Shown: in pieces, positions 1 through 9,250 of the stretch
How positions within the stretch are numbered: the first letter of the stretch is position 1
Layout: each line of letters begins with the position of its first letter
Assembly (NCBI GenBank): GCA_963728915.1
Contig: CAVSLV010000001.1
Location: forward strand, 960,001-1,024,000
Reading direction: 5' to 3'
From: an uncultured Gemmatimonadales bacterium
GTDB taxonomy: Bacteria; Gemmatimonadota; Gemmatimonadetes; Gemmatimonadales; GWC2-71-9
DNA length: 64,000 nt
Made by a program: the position numbers and the translations under genes
Notes under the pieces: model-generated
What the model was told of the DNA's origin: nothing
The model's input: only the letters and a program-made list of their open reading frames with translations
The model's database searches: none

Positions 1-1343
1 CCATCCGGATCCACTATACGACGGCCCAGGCGGCGGGTCTCGATCCCTCGTTGTTCCGGCTGGGCCGGCTGGTCGGGAATACCTGGACCGAGCTCCCGGG
101 AAGCTCCGTGGAGGTCGCGACCCAATCCGTCACGGGACAAACCAGCAGCTTCAGTATCTATGGGATCGTGCTCGCCGCGGCTCCGGTTGCCACCGTGACC
201 GTGGCGCCACCATCCAGCTCCCTGTCGATCGGCGGCACAGTGCAGCTCACCGCGACTCTCCGCGATGCCGCGCAGAATGTGCTGGTCGACCGGAGTGTGG
301 CCTGGACGTCGAGTAACCCGTCCGTCGCGAGCGTCGGTCCAGGCACCGGGCTGGTGACCGCCAATGCGGTCGGTGGTCCGGTCACGATCACCGCGACCAG
401 CGAGACGATCAACGGCACCGCCCAGGTCACTGTCAGCGCCCCGGTGCAGACGGTCACCGTCGCTCCGACCCCGAGCACGCTTCAGATCGGCGAGACCCTC
501 CAGCTCAGCGCGACACTGCGAGATGCCGGGAACAACATCCTGAGCGATCGTCCCGTGACGTGGGCGTCAACCGATGTGGCGATCGCGACCGTCTCCAGTA
601 CCGGACTGGTGACGGCGCTGAGCTCGGGCGGTCCGATCACCATCACGGCCACGAGCGAGGGGAAGGTCGGCGCGGCGCAGGTCACGGTCGCTTCGGCGCC
701 GGTCGCGTCCGTGGATCTCATCGGCCCCACCCGGGTCAAGGTGGGAGACAACTATCTGTTTAGCGCCGTAGCCAGAGATGCCCAAGGCAATGAGCTCGCC
801 AAGATGATCACCTGGAGCATCCTCGAAACCGGGAAAGGCACCATGTCCAGTGCAGGCCTGCTGGTGCCTTCTCAGACCGGGACCATCACCATCCGAATGG
901 TGATCGACGGGGTCAACTGGGACCGGGCGATCACCGCGTATGACTGGGTCACCAATGGGTTGACGTTGACTCTCCCCGCCGACAACGAAGTGAGTAATCA
1001 GAGCGGGGTGTCGGAGCTCCCGATCCTGAACATTTCGTGCAGCGGAGGCACATTCCAGGTTTGGGTGAGCACCACGGGCTTCATCACGGCGAGCGGGGTG
1101 GTTCAGTACACCATCGATAGCGGAGGAAAGATTACCGAGACGTGGGTACAGATCGATGCCAACCACTCACTGCGCTACCCGGGGGCGACCAACGCCGCTC
1201 AGAAGACCTTCGCGCAGAGCCTGGCCTCGGCGCATCTCTTCGGATGGCTCTTCACCGAGGCCGGCGCCGGTGGACACGGCGTGTCGTTCCGGGTCACGGG
1301 GCTGAACGCGATTCTGGGACCGGTGACGGCGGGGTGCCCCTGA
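1..1343 (+). CDS. Ig-like (BIG2) repeat surface/secreted protein, 5' partial
   Basis: Frame is open from the window edge (IRIHYTTAQAAGLDPSLFRL...). Three Ig-like units begin PVATVTVAP / PVQTVTVAP / PVASVDL, with WTSSNPSVASV and ITATSE motifs. Confidence 0.85.
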   Translation, partial: IRIHYTTAQAAGLDPSLFRLGRLVGNTWTELPGSSVEVATQSVTGQTSSFSIYGIVLAAAPVATVTVAPPSSSLSIGGTVQLTATLRDAAQNVLVDRSVAWTSSNPSVASVGPGTGLVTANAVGGPVTITATSETINGTAQVTVSAPVQTVTVAPTPSTLQIGETLQLSATLRDAGNNILSDRPVTWASTDVAIATVSSTGLVTALSSGGPITITATSEGKVGAAQVTVASAPVASVDLIGPTRVKVGDNYLFSAVARDAQGNELAKMITWSILETGKGTMSSAGLLVPSQTGTITIRMVIDGVNWDRAITAYDWVTNGLTLTLPADNEVSNQSGVSELPILNISCSGGTFQVWVSTTGFITASGVVQYTIDSGGKITETWVQIDANHSLRYPGATNAAQKTFAQSLASAHLFGWLFTEAGAGGHGVSFRVTGLNAILGPVTAGCP

Positions 1344-1363
1344 GGAGAGACAGCCGGAAAGAG

Positions 1364-1446
1364 TGCCCGAGGCGAGAGTCGAACTCGCACGGGGTTGCCC
1401 CCGGCGGATTTTGAGTCCGCTGCGTCTGCCATTCCGCCACTCGGGC
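1364..1446 (-). tRNA. tRNA-Leu (anticodon CAA), CCA not encoded
   Basis: Reverse complement GCCCGAGTGGCGGAATGGCAGACGCAGCGGACTCAAAATCCGCCGGGGGCAACCCCGTGCGAGTTCGACTCTCGCCTCGGGCA folds as a cloverleaf with long variable arm, loop CTCAAAA and T-loop GTTCGA. Confidence 0.97.
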
Positions 1447-1510
1447 GATCCGGGGATCTAGTCTATTCTAACAAAGAATCCTCTCCGAGGAGGCCTGACT
1501 CCTCGCCTCA

Positions 1511-1660
1511 CTACGGGAGTTGGCGGATGACCTTCCAGACCGCGATCAGGACCCACGTGACCAGCACGGCGACAAACACGGCCCTGATCCTCGCCTCGAG
1601 CCAGTCACCAGGTGGCGCGGGGACGTGCGGTGCCTCTAGACCGCGTGGATCGCGATTCAA
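1511..1660 (-). CDS. small single-pass membrane protein (49 aa), not in ORF track
   Basis: Hand translation from TTG: MNRDPRGLEAPHVPAPPGDWLEARIRAVFVAVLVTWVLIAVWKVIRQLP*. GAGGG lies upstream, and it starts 7 nt after the preceding stop. Confidence 0.5.
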   Translation of the reverse strand: MNRDPRGLEAPHVPAPPGDWLEARIRAVFVAVLVTWVLIAVWKVIRQLP

Positions 1661-1667
1661 CCGACCC

Positions 1668-3611
1668 TCAATGGGGTGGCTCATCGTCATACCACCTCCG
1701 CCACAGCAGCGTGGCCTGCGTCACCACAGAATCCACCGGCGCGCTCCGGAAATACGTCTCGCGGCGGATGCAACTCGCCAGGGCGGCCCGCGCCTCTGCA
1801 TCGTCGCCGTGCGCATGGTGGATGCGGGCCAGCAACAGCCGCGGCCGAAGCCGGTCTGGGTAACTGGCCGCAGCCGTTCGGGCGTTCCTCTCGGCGGGCT
1901 CGAGCCAGCCCACCTCGAGCTGGGCCTCGGCGAGGGCCAGCCGGATGTACGAGCCGTGGCTGTCCAACTCCCCGAGACCTTCCTGCAGCATGCTCACCGC
2001 CTGCCCCGGCTGGCCGGCCGCAAGCAGGTCGATGCCGAGCTCGTGGCTAAGGCTCGGCTCCGAAGGCAGCCGATGGTGCGCGCGCATCAGCAGCTCCAGT
2101 CTTCCCACCGCACCGCCACGCAGAGCCTTCTCCCAGAGCTGGTAGCCGGGATATTCGCACGCCGTCTTGACGACAACCAGCGCGGCCCACCCTACCCCGA
2201 CCGCCATCGCCAGCTTCCTGGCCCGCTTTCGCCCGAAGTTGGCTCGCAGCAGAGCCGGCGCGGGGATCAGCCCGAACGCCAAGTGGGCGGTCACCAGCGT
2301 GGCCACCCATTGCAGGGCACCATCGACGAGCGAATGCACCAGGATCGCGACGAGCAGAGCCAGCAGTCCCCAGCCAAGCGCCGAAGTTTCTTCGCCTCGT
2401 GCGAGTGCGCGCACGAGGAAACCCAGCGCGCATGCCCAGAGCAGCACATAGAGTGCACCGCCCGGCAGGCCACGCTCGGCCAGTTGGTGAAATAGCTCGC
2501 TGTTAGGCTGTTCCCGCCCGACCGCCTGGTGATCGAACTTCGCGTAGCCCGGCTGGCGCCAGAACTCCGCCTGGTAGCGACTCCATTCCAGACCGAACCG
2601 ACCGGTACCGACTCCGGTGAGCGGCCGATCGGCCAGCATGGCGCCCGAGATCTCCCAGGCAATGAGCCGCCCGCGGCCGGAGTCCGGGTTAAGTCGGTTT
2701 AGCACAATACCGGCGAGCGGGACCGCAACCAACACTGCCAATCCTGCGACCAGAGCGCGGCGTCCCCGCCCTCGAATGCCGGCGATCACCCGCCCGCCGG
2801 CCGCGGCTTGGCCGGCCGTTCCCAGTAGCGGTCGCAACGAGAGCACTAGCAGGCAGGCTGCAAAGAGTCCGAGAAGGGCGCCGCGGCTGCCGTTGCCGAG
2901 CAGAGCAACCAGCTGCAGGAGGGCCGCGCCCGCTAACAGCAGGCGCACTCGGCGCCGACGTGCTTGCGCGGCCGAGGCCAGCGCCGCGATGATCCCCACC
3001 GCCATGAACGCTCCGAAGCCGTTCGGGGTACCGATGACAGAGGTCACGGAGGTCTTCGCGCCGCCCTCCGGCTGGAAGCCACCAGCCGCAAGCGCCTGGG
3101 CGAGGCCGTGGAGCGCCAGTGCGGAGCCCACGATCCAGAGCGCGGCCATGAAATCCGCCAAGGCTCGCGTCCGAGGCGCAGGTTCGTCGGGCGGAGCCGC
3201 TTCGGGTTTTGGCAGGTTGAAGAGTTGCCGCACGACCACGGTGAGCAGGAACGCTGCCAGGGACGGCCAGAACCAGTTCCCTTCCCGCGTTGCGATCCAG
3301 TGGGGATTCACGATGACGCCCCAGAGGATATTCACCGCCAGGATGGCCTCGATTGCGGTGAAGCGCAGCCCACCGCCGCCCGCAGTCGGGCGGGGCGCCG
3401 CCCAGAGCAGGAGGGCGCCCGCCGAGGCCACGAGCAACGCGTAGACCTTGGGGGTCAGGTACGCCTCGTTGACAGCGGGATCGATCGCACACGCGGCGAG
3501 GGTCACTACCACGCCGAAGAAGCCGGCGGAGCCCAGCACTACCGGCCAAAGACCTGACCATCTGGCAGGCGGCCACAGCAACCTGCCTCGCGAGCTGCGG
3601 CGACCAGTCAC
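1668..3611 (-). CDS. O-antigen ligase / O-oligosaccharyltransferase family membrane protein with C-terminal TPR-like region
   Basis: Multiple TM helices; GTPNGFG, GSRGALLG, GRLIAW...PLTGVGTGRF and NSELFHQLAERGL Wzy_C-type motifs; helical TPR-like tail. Confidence 0.8.
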   Translation of the reverse strand: MTGRRSSRGRLLWPPARWSGLWPVVLGSAGFFGVVVTLAACAIDPAVNEAYLTPKVYALLVASAGALLLWAAPRPTAGGGGLRFTAIEAILAVNILWGVIVNPHWIATREGNWFWPSLAAFLLTVVVRQLFNLPKPEAAPPDEPAPRTRALADFMAALWIVGSALALHGLAQALAAGGFQPEGGAKTSVTSVIGTPNGFGAFMAVGIIAALASAAQARRRRVRLLLAGAALLQLVALLGNGSRGALLGLFAACLLVLSLRPLLGTAGQAAAGGRVIAGIRGRGRRALVAGLAVLVAVPLAGIVLNRLNPDSGRGRLIAWEISGAMLADRPLTGVGTGRFGLEWSRYQAEFWRQPGYAKFDHQAVGREQPNSELFHQLAERGLPGGALYVLLWACALGFLVRALARGEETSALGWGLLALLVAILVHSLVDGALQWVATLVTAHLAFGLIPAPALLRANFGRKRARKLAMAVGVGWAALVVVKTACEYPGYQLWEKALRGGAVGRLELLMRAHHRLPSEPSLSHELGIDLLAAGQPGQAVSMLQEGLGELDSHGSYIRLALAEAQLEVGWLEPAERNARTAAASYPDRLRPRLLLARIHHAHGDDAEARAALASCIRRETYFRSAPVDSVVTQATLLWRRWYDDEPPH

Positions 3612-5473
3612 CGACGCTGTGCCGGATCCGCTACCGACAGGGAGTCCCGAAGGGCGCGTCCGGCTGCACCCCGGAAGCGGAGCGCCACGCTCCGGTGCAG
3701 GTCGGCCTCGACATCCTCGAAGTAGCCGCCGAGGTGCGTCGAGTAAGGCACCACGCGGTAACGCACGTCAAAACCTTTCCTGCGAACCTGCCCGACCCAC
3801 TCCTCCGTGCTTTCGCGGCTCACCACGGTATCCTCCTCGGCCTGCCAGACCAGCCAGTGCAGCCGTGGGCGGAGGAAGTGGAGGGAGTCCAGGGCGCGGG
3901 CCAGCTCGCGCTTGTCGTGGTACATCGCGGGCACGGCCAAGCCCAGCCAATCGATGGGCACCCGCGGGTTCTGCGCCATCTGGACCGCCTCGAGCGCGTG
4001 GCTGCTCCACGCCAGCATGCCAACCGCGCCAGTGTCGATGGCGAACACCGAGGCGACTTGGCGCGTGATTGCGGAGAGCTCCTTCACCGCGATGGTGTCG
4101 AAGTCGTGGACGCCTCCCAGGTGCGGCATGACCCCGAACGTGCCGTAGCTCGAGCTCATGGTGGCCAGGTGTACCAGGAAACCAGCCACCCTTCCCCGTC
4201 CGGCCCAGAAGTCGGGATTGACGAAGTGAGTCACAGAGAGCACAAGGCCTGGCCGGTCGGCAGGCGGATGGATGGGCGGTTCCACCGCTCCCGGGGGGAC
4301 CGTGAGCCAGTAGGGCTGCACCGAGCCGTCGGCAGCGCGATAGCCCCAGACCTGTGGGCCGGGGTACAGATGGAAGGAAGCCGGTTGCCGGACGTATCGG
4401 TAGAGCGAAGCGAGCACCTGGACCCTGAGCCAGTCGCCTGGATCGGCCCCGCGCGGCACCGGCCCCAGGTTGAAGACCGCACGCACCGCATCCACCCGGG
4501 CGGCGCGCACCGGGTCCGCGGTGGTCGTGTCAGTCGCAAGGGAACGCGCGAGACGCTGCGCGGTCGAGTCCGCGAAAATGGGACATTCCTCGAGGTACAG
4601 CCGCTGGCCAGTGGCGGCATCCAGCACTTCGGTCCGGAGCACGGCCTGGCCATGGAAACGCGCGGGCAGCGGCAGCGTATCCGGGTAGAGACCGGCGTAC
4701 CGCCCGCCGTCGGCCAGGCTGTCGCCCAGCAGCGTCCGCCAGCGGAAGTGCACGACCGGCCCGGGCCGAAGCCGGACCTGGGGCGGCCAGAGCTGGACTG
4801 TGGTCGCCGAGTCAGGCAGGAGTGGCGCGCGCACCAGGGTCGCATAAGCGCCGAGGTCAATGGACGCGCCGAGCAGGTCCGGGAGCGACGTCTGCGGGTG
4901 CCATTCCCGGTGCAACTGCGCGTCCACGCCGTTGTTCAATACCCGGTAGACCAAGAGGTTTGTGCCCCGGCGCAGCGAGGCCGTGTAGAGATCCTCGTGT
5001 TTGCGAACCCCTCGGCTGGCAAATCGGCTCGCGCCCAGCAGCGCGCCGTTCAGCCACACCACCGTCCCGCCGTTTGAGGCGATGCTGAGCAGGCTATCGT
5101 GGGCACTCTCCGCGCGCACGACCTCAAGCACATAGACGGAGCGCTTCTGGCCCTTCGGCGGCGCCGGGAAGTTGAGGTGCAACACGTCATCCCGCACCTT
5201 CGGCTCCGTCCACGAGATACCGGTGGCGACGGCGAGTCGGGCCTTGTCTGGAACCGTGTCTCGACCCAGCTGCGCAAGCAGCTGCGAGTCGGCCGCGAAC
5301 GGCGTCAATGGGGCGCACAGCGAGTCGGCTGCGGGGCATTGCGGCACCGCAGCGGAGACGTAGACGCGAACGGCCTGGCGGTGCCACGAGAGGAGGTTGC
5401 TGCAGGCCGGCAGCAGCAAGAGCGCGGCCGCCAAGACGCGGCTTCTCCAGCTCGAGGAGCTGGGTTGGGACAT
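3608..5473 (-). CDS. putative lipoprotein with PA14-like beta domain and C-terminal alpha/beta-hydrolase-like domain
   Basis: Start chosen at MSQPSS; lipobox LLPAC; VWLNG...LRRGTNLLVYRV; DGSVQPYWLTVP; S/D/H at AWSSH, EEDTVV, STHLG. Confidence 0.6.
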   Translation of the reverse strand: MSQPSSSSWRSRVLAAALLLLPACSNLLSWHRQAVRVYVSAAVPQCPAADSLCAPLTPFAADSQLLAQLGRDTVPDKARLAVATGISWTEPKVRDDVLHLNFPAPPKGQKRSVYVLEVVRAESAHDSLLSIASNGGTVVWLNGALLGASRFASRGVRKHEDLYTASLRRGTNLLVYRVLNNGVDAQLHREWHPQTSLPDLLGASIDLGAYATLVRAPLLPDSATTVQLWPPQVRLRPGPVVHFRWRTLLGDSLADGGRYAGLYPDTLPLPARFHGQAVLRTEVLDAATGQRLYLEECPIFADSTAQRLARSLATDTTTADPVRAARVDAVRAVFNLGPVPRGADPGDWLRVQVLASLYRYVRQPASFHLYPGPQVWGYRAADGSVQPYWLTVPPGAVEPPIHPPADRPGLVLSVTHFVNPDFWAGRGRVAGFLVHLATMSSSYGTFGVMPHLGGVHDFDTIAVKELSAITRQVASVFAIDTGAVGMLAWSSHALEAVQMAQNPRVPIDWLGLAVPAMYHDKRELARALDSLHFLRPRLHWLVWQAEEDTVVSRESTEEWVGQVRRKGFDVRYRVVPYSTHLGGYFEDVEADLHRSVALRFRGAAGRALRDSLSVADPAQRR

Positions 5474-5598
5474 GGTTTTGCCGATCGGTTCAGGATGAAT
5501 ACTGCGTGGAAAGCTATATCGGATTGGACGCCTACGAGTCAAGCCGCACGCTCGCCGTGTGAGCGGCAACCTCAGCAGCTTTTCGCTGAGAGTTCCGC

Positions 5599-6102
5599 CT
5601 AGAACGGGAGCTGCCGGCCCGGTCGAGCCTGGCCCCGGCGCAACTCCTCGACCTGCATCATGAGCCGATCCCGCATCATCAGGTACTGCCCCCGCTGGAC
5701 CGGCGTCAGGAAGCCGGAGAGCTCACGCATCTCGTCCTGAAAGGTCTGGGCGAAGGCCACCCGCTGCGCGGTGAGCCCGTTCACCAGCTTCACCACGCTA
5801 TCGGAGTTCGCCGCGATTCCCGGGCGAAGCTGAAAACCCAGCGCCTGGCGCAGCTCGCGCTCCTCCTGCTCCAGAACCCGTCGCTTCTCCGCGACCATCG
5901 CCAGCACTCCGCGCAACCGGGAGGCTTGCTCCTCGTTGAGCCCCAGGGCTTCTCTCACCCGCTGGGCAAACCGCTGCTCGATCATCTGGCGCAGCTGTTC
6001 CGCCCGCCGGGGATTCAACGGGGGTGCGGTATCCTGCGCGGCGAGGACCGGAGCGCCAATCGACATCAGCAGAAAGAGCAGCCAGCCAGTCCTTCGCATC
6101 AT
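5599..6102 (-). CDS. periplasmic helical Spy/CpxP-like protein
   Basis: Signal peptide MMRRTGWLLFLL...LAAQ; LGLNEEQ and LTPVQR (LTxxQ-like) motifs; ATGA overlap with the upstream gene. Confidence 0.65.
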   Translation of the reverse strand: MMRRTGWLLFLLMSIGAPVLAAQDTAPPLNPRRAEQLRQMIEQRFAQRVREALGLNEEQASRLRGVLAMVAEKRRVLEQEERELRQALGFQLRPGIAANSDSVVKLVNGLTAQRVAFAQTFQDEMRELSGFLTPVQRGQYLMMRDRLMMQVEELRRGQARPGRQLPF

Positions 6103-6491
6103 CCCTCCAGCGAGCGCAACAAGCGCTCCAGGTTGGTGGAATCGAGCTCTTGCAGTGGGATCGTCTCCAGCGGCAGAGTCGAGGCGGTCACCGGCATGGA
6201 TCGGAGCAGCTCTTCCAACTGGTCCACACTCAGGGGATCGAGCTCCTGAAGCACCGAAGGTTGCTCCGCGGCGCGCTCGATCGGACGGCTCCCCGGCCCC
6301 AGTAGAAAACGCCCGGCCAGGAGCATCAGGGCGGCCGCCGCGGCCAGACCGACCAGCCACCGGACAGCACGGCGTCTGGCGGGGAACCCCAGCCGCGCCA
6401 CCACCTTGGCGGCTATCTGATCCGGGTCAACCGCCTCGGCGGGCGCCTGTCCGAGGGTCGCCGCCAGCCGCTCAATATCCTGTTCGGTCAT
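6099..6491 (-). CDS. putative anti-sigma factor (single TM)
   Basis: Directly downstream of the ECF sigma with overlap; short N-terminal domain, one TM (WLVGLAAAAALMLLAG) and small C-terminal domain. Confidence 0.65.
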   Translation of the reverse strand: MTEQDIERLAATLGQAPAEAVDPDQIAAKVVARLGFPARRRAVRWLVGLAAAAALMLLAGRFLLGPGSRPIERAAEQPSVLQELDPLSVDQLEELLRSMPVTASTLPLETIPLQELDSTNLERLLRSLEG

Positions 6492-7036
6492 CCGAGCAAT
6501 TCCTTCAATCGTCGCACCGCATGGTGATAATGCACCCGCGCGGCCCCCGGCGTGGTGCCGAGCACCGCGCAGATCTCTTCGTACTCCAGTCCCTGCTGGG
6601 CGCGAAGCAGGAAGACCTCCCGCTGCATCCTGGGCAGCTCTCCGATCCCGCGACGAAGCCGCTCCTGCATGTCGCGGACGTTGGCCTCGCTTTCCGGACT
6701 TCCCGAAGCGGCAAGCTCCACCGTTTCCAGCTCCACCATGACGCGGCCTTTCTCCTTCCGAAACTGGTCCTTCCTCAGGTTCGAAGCGATCCGAAAGAGC
6801 CAGCCGCGAAAACTCGCTTCTCCCCGCCAGGACGAGAGCGCCCGAAACGCCTTGAAGAATGCCTCCTGCACCAGGTCGTCGAGGTCCTCGGCACGGGCTC
6901 CTGAGCCAAACAGGTACCGTGCCAGCGGGCCCGTATGCCGGCGCACCAGCACCGCTGCCGCGAGCTGATCGCCCACCCGGTACGCTGCGACGAGCTCCAC
7001 GTCCGACCTCGGGTCATCCCGGCTCATCGCTGGCAT
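6488..7036 (-). CDS. ECF RNA polymerase sigma-70 factor
   Basis: Region 2 DLVQEAFFKAF...FRGWLFRIASN; region 4 LPRMQREVFLLR...GLEYEEI. Confidence 0.93.
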   Translation of the reverse strand: MPAMSRDDPRSDVELVAAYRVGDQLAAAVLVRRHTGPLARYLFGSGARAEDLDDLVQEAFFKAFRALSSWRGEASFRGWLFRIASNLRKDQFRKEKGRVMVELETVELAASGSPESEANVRDMQERLRRGIGELPRMQREVFLLRAQQGLEYEEICAVLGTTPGAARVHYHHAVRRLKELLG

Positions 7037-7049
7037 TCGCCGATTGAAG

Positions 7050-7073
7050 GACGTCCCGACCCGCAGGCTGTTA
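7050..7073 (-). promoter_or_regulatory. candidate ECF-type autoregulatory promoter
   Basis: Minus strand TAAC-N16-CGTC just upstream of the sigma start, matching the generic ECF AAC/CGT pattern. Confidence 0.45.
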
Positions 7074-7197
7074 AGGTCAATGCGATAGCAACATTCTCCA
7101 CGGGGTGGAAATCCACGCTATCAAGACCTGTTGGCGATTTCGCTAAGCAACTGTCCACCATATGTTTGGATACTATCATCTCAAGTGAATCATTAAG

Positions 7198-7890
7198 GTG
7201 AAGCAGCCGCAGCCAAGGATAATCGCCCACCGCGGCGCTTCGGGAATCGCCCTGGAAAACTCCCTCGCGGCGTTTCAAGCCGCCCTTGAGGCCCGCGTTG
7301 ACGGCATCGAGTTGGACATCCACCTCAGCAGAACCGGAGACCTCGTGGTTCACCATGACCCCGATCTTCCGGGCATCGGTCCGATCGCCGGGATCGACCT
7401 CAAGGCGATTCGAGGTCAGCGGCTGTCCAACGGCGAACCCATTCCAACGCTCCGCGAGGTGCTCAACCTGCTCCTTCGGGGAAATCAGGAAGCACCCGAA
7501 GTCTGGATAGAGGTCAAGGCCCTTCCTGAAGCCGGCGATGCGACCCTTCTCGAATGCATTGCTGGATCGCCCCTGCCCCATCGGTGCGCCGTCCACAGCT
7601 TTGATCACCGGATCATCAAGCGCCTGGGCGCCCGGCACCCGACTCTCCGAGGGGGCGTCCTGTCGGCGTCCTACCCTCTTGATCCGGTCACGCCGGTCCT
7701 GGCGGCCGGCGCCGAGGCGCTCTGGCAGGAATGGCGTCTCATTGACGGACCGATGGTCGAGGCGATTCACCGGGCCGGCCGCGAGCTGATCGCCTGGACC
7801 GTCAACGAACGGGAGCCTGCGGTTGCCCTCGCCGAGTTGGGAGTGGACGCTTTGTGTGGGAACTGGCCCGATCGGCTCAAAGTTTGGTAA
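7198..7890 (+). CDS. glycerophosphodiester phosphodiesterase
   Basis: IIAHRGAS, ENSLAAF, IELDI, HHD and WTVN motifs. Confidence 0.92.
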   Translation: MKQPQPRIIAHRGASGIALENSLAAFQAALEARVDGIELDIHLSRTGDLVVHHDPDLPGIGPIAGIDLKAIRGQRLSNGEPIPTLREVLNLLLRGNQEAPEVWIEVKALPEAGDATLLECIAGSPLPHRCAVHSFDHRIIKRLGARHPTLRGGVLSASYPLDPVTPVLAAGAEALWQEWRLIDGPMVEAIHRAGRELIAWTVNEREPAVALAELGVDALCGNWPDRLKVW

Positions 7891-7900
7891 CTTGCCCACC

Positions 7901-9250
7901 ATGTCAACGACCCGATCTGTCCTGGCCGGCCTCCTCGTCGCCCTGGGCGCAACCGAGGCCTGGAGCCAGGAGCCTGCCCGCATCGACTTCGAGACCTACA
8001 CCCTCCCGAATGGGCTCAAGGTCATCCTCGCCCCCGACCACTCCGCCCAGGTGGTCGCGGTCGATCTCTGGTACGACGTCGGTTCACGCAACGAAGTCGC
8101 TGGTCGTACCGGCTTCGCGCACCTGTTCGAGCACATGATGTTCCAGGGCTCGGAGAACGTGAAGAAAGCCGAGCACTTTACCCTGGTGGAGCGCGCCGGA
8201 GGATCGGTCAACGGCACCACCGCGGAGGACCGGACCAAGTACTACGAGGTCCTCCCGTCCAATCGGTTGAACCTGGGACTCTGGCTCGAGGCCGACCGGA
8301 TGCGTTCCCTCGCGGTCACCGATTCGACCTTCAGCAATCAGCGCGAAGCGGTCAAGGAGGAGCGCCGGCTTCGGGTCGATAACCAGCCGTATACCTCGGC
8401 GATTTTCGAGGGCATGTACGCGCTGGCCGATAGCACGAGTTGCTTCCCTTACGCCCACTCGGTCATCGGCTCCATGGCGGACCTGAATGCCGCCAGGACC
8501 GCCGACGTGAAGGCCTTCTTCGACCTGTACTACACCCCCAACAACGCGACGCTCACCATCGCGGGGGATTTCCAGCCCGCCGAAACCAAGCGGCTCATCG
8601 AGACCTATTTCGGGGGAATCCCGCGCGGTCGGGAGTCCCCCCCGGTCCAGTGCGAGAGCCGGTTCGGCCCCGGACAGATTCGGCGCCGCTGGCCGGATGC
8701 GAAGGCCAATCTTCCCGCGGTGCTGCTGGCCTATCGGATCCCGGAATACCAGAGCGAGGACACCCCGGCCATCGAGCTCCTCTCCACCATCCTGGGCCAG
8801 GGTGAGAGCTCCCGGATCAACAACGCCGTGGTTCGGGAGAAGAAACTCGCTCAGTTCGCCATCGTCCTGTCCAACCCGGCGAGCCCCCGCAGGGGCCCCG
8901 GGGTCCTGCTGGCCCTGGCGATCACCAACCAGGGCGTGACCCCCGATTCACTCGAGACGGGCCTGGTCGCCGAGTTTCGGCGAGTTGCCAACGAAGGGGT
9001 CACCGAAGCGGAGCTGGCCAAAGCGAAGAATGGATATCGCACCCAGCTCATCACCCAGCAACAGCACGCGCTGGAGCGGGCCGACGCGCTGGAGACCGCG
9101 AACATGTTCCTGGGCGATCCGGAGGCGGTGAACACCCACTGGCGCAAGTATCTGGCGGTCACCACCGCCGACCTCCAGCGGGTCGCCCGGAAGTACTTCA
9201 CTCCGGAGAATTCCCTCGTGCTGCTGATCACCACCGGAGGGGCGCAGTGA
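7901..9250 (+). CDS. M16 family zinc peptidase (active subunit), secreted
   Basis: Signal peptide; GSRNE...GFAHLFEHMMF (HxxEH), EERR, HSVIGSMADL, YYTPNNA. Confidence 0.93.
   Translation: MSTTRSVLAGLLVALGATEAWSQEPARIDFETYTLPNGLKVILAPDHSAQVVAVDLWYDVGSRNEVAGRTGFAHLFEHMMFQGSENVKKAEHFTLVERAGGSVNGTTAEDRTKYYEVLPSNRLNLGLWLEADRMRSLAVTDSTFSNQREAVKEERRLRVDNQPYTSAIFEGMYALADSTSCFPYAHSVIGSMADLNAARTADVKAFFDLYYTPNNATLTIAGDFQPAETKRLIETYFGGIPRGRESPPVQCESRFGPGQIRRRWPDAKANLPAVLLAYRIPEYQSEDTPAIELLSTILGQGESSRINNAVVREKKLAQFAIVLSNPASPRRGPGVLLALAITNQGVTPDSLETGLVAEFRRVANEGVTEAELAKAKNGYRTQLITQQQHALERADALETANMFLGDPEAVNTHWRKYLAVTTADLQRVARKYFTPENSLVLLITTGGAQ

Noticed and set aside
1364..1446. tRNA-Leu as an integration site of a genomic island
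   Set aside because: No integrase and no duplicated tRNA 3' end seen in the window.
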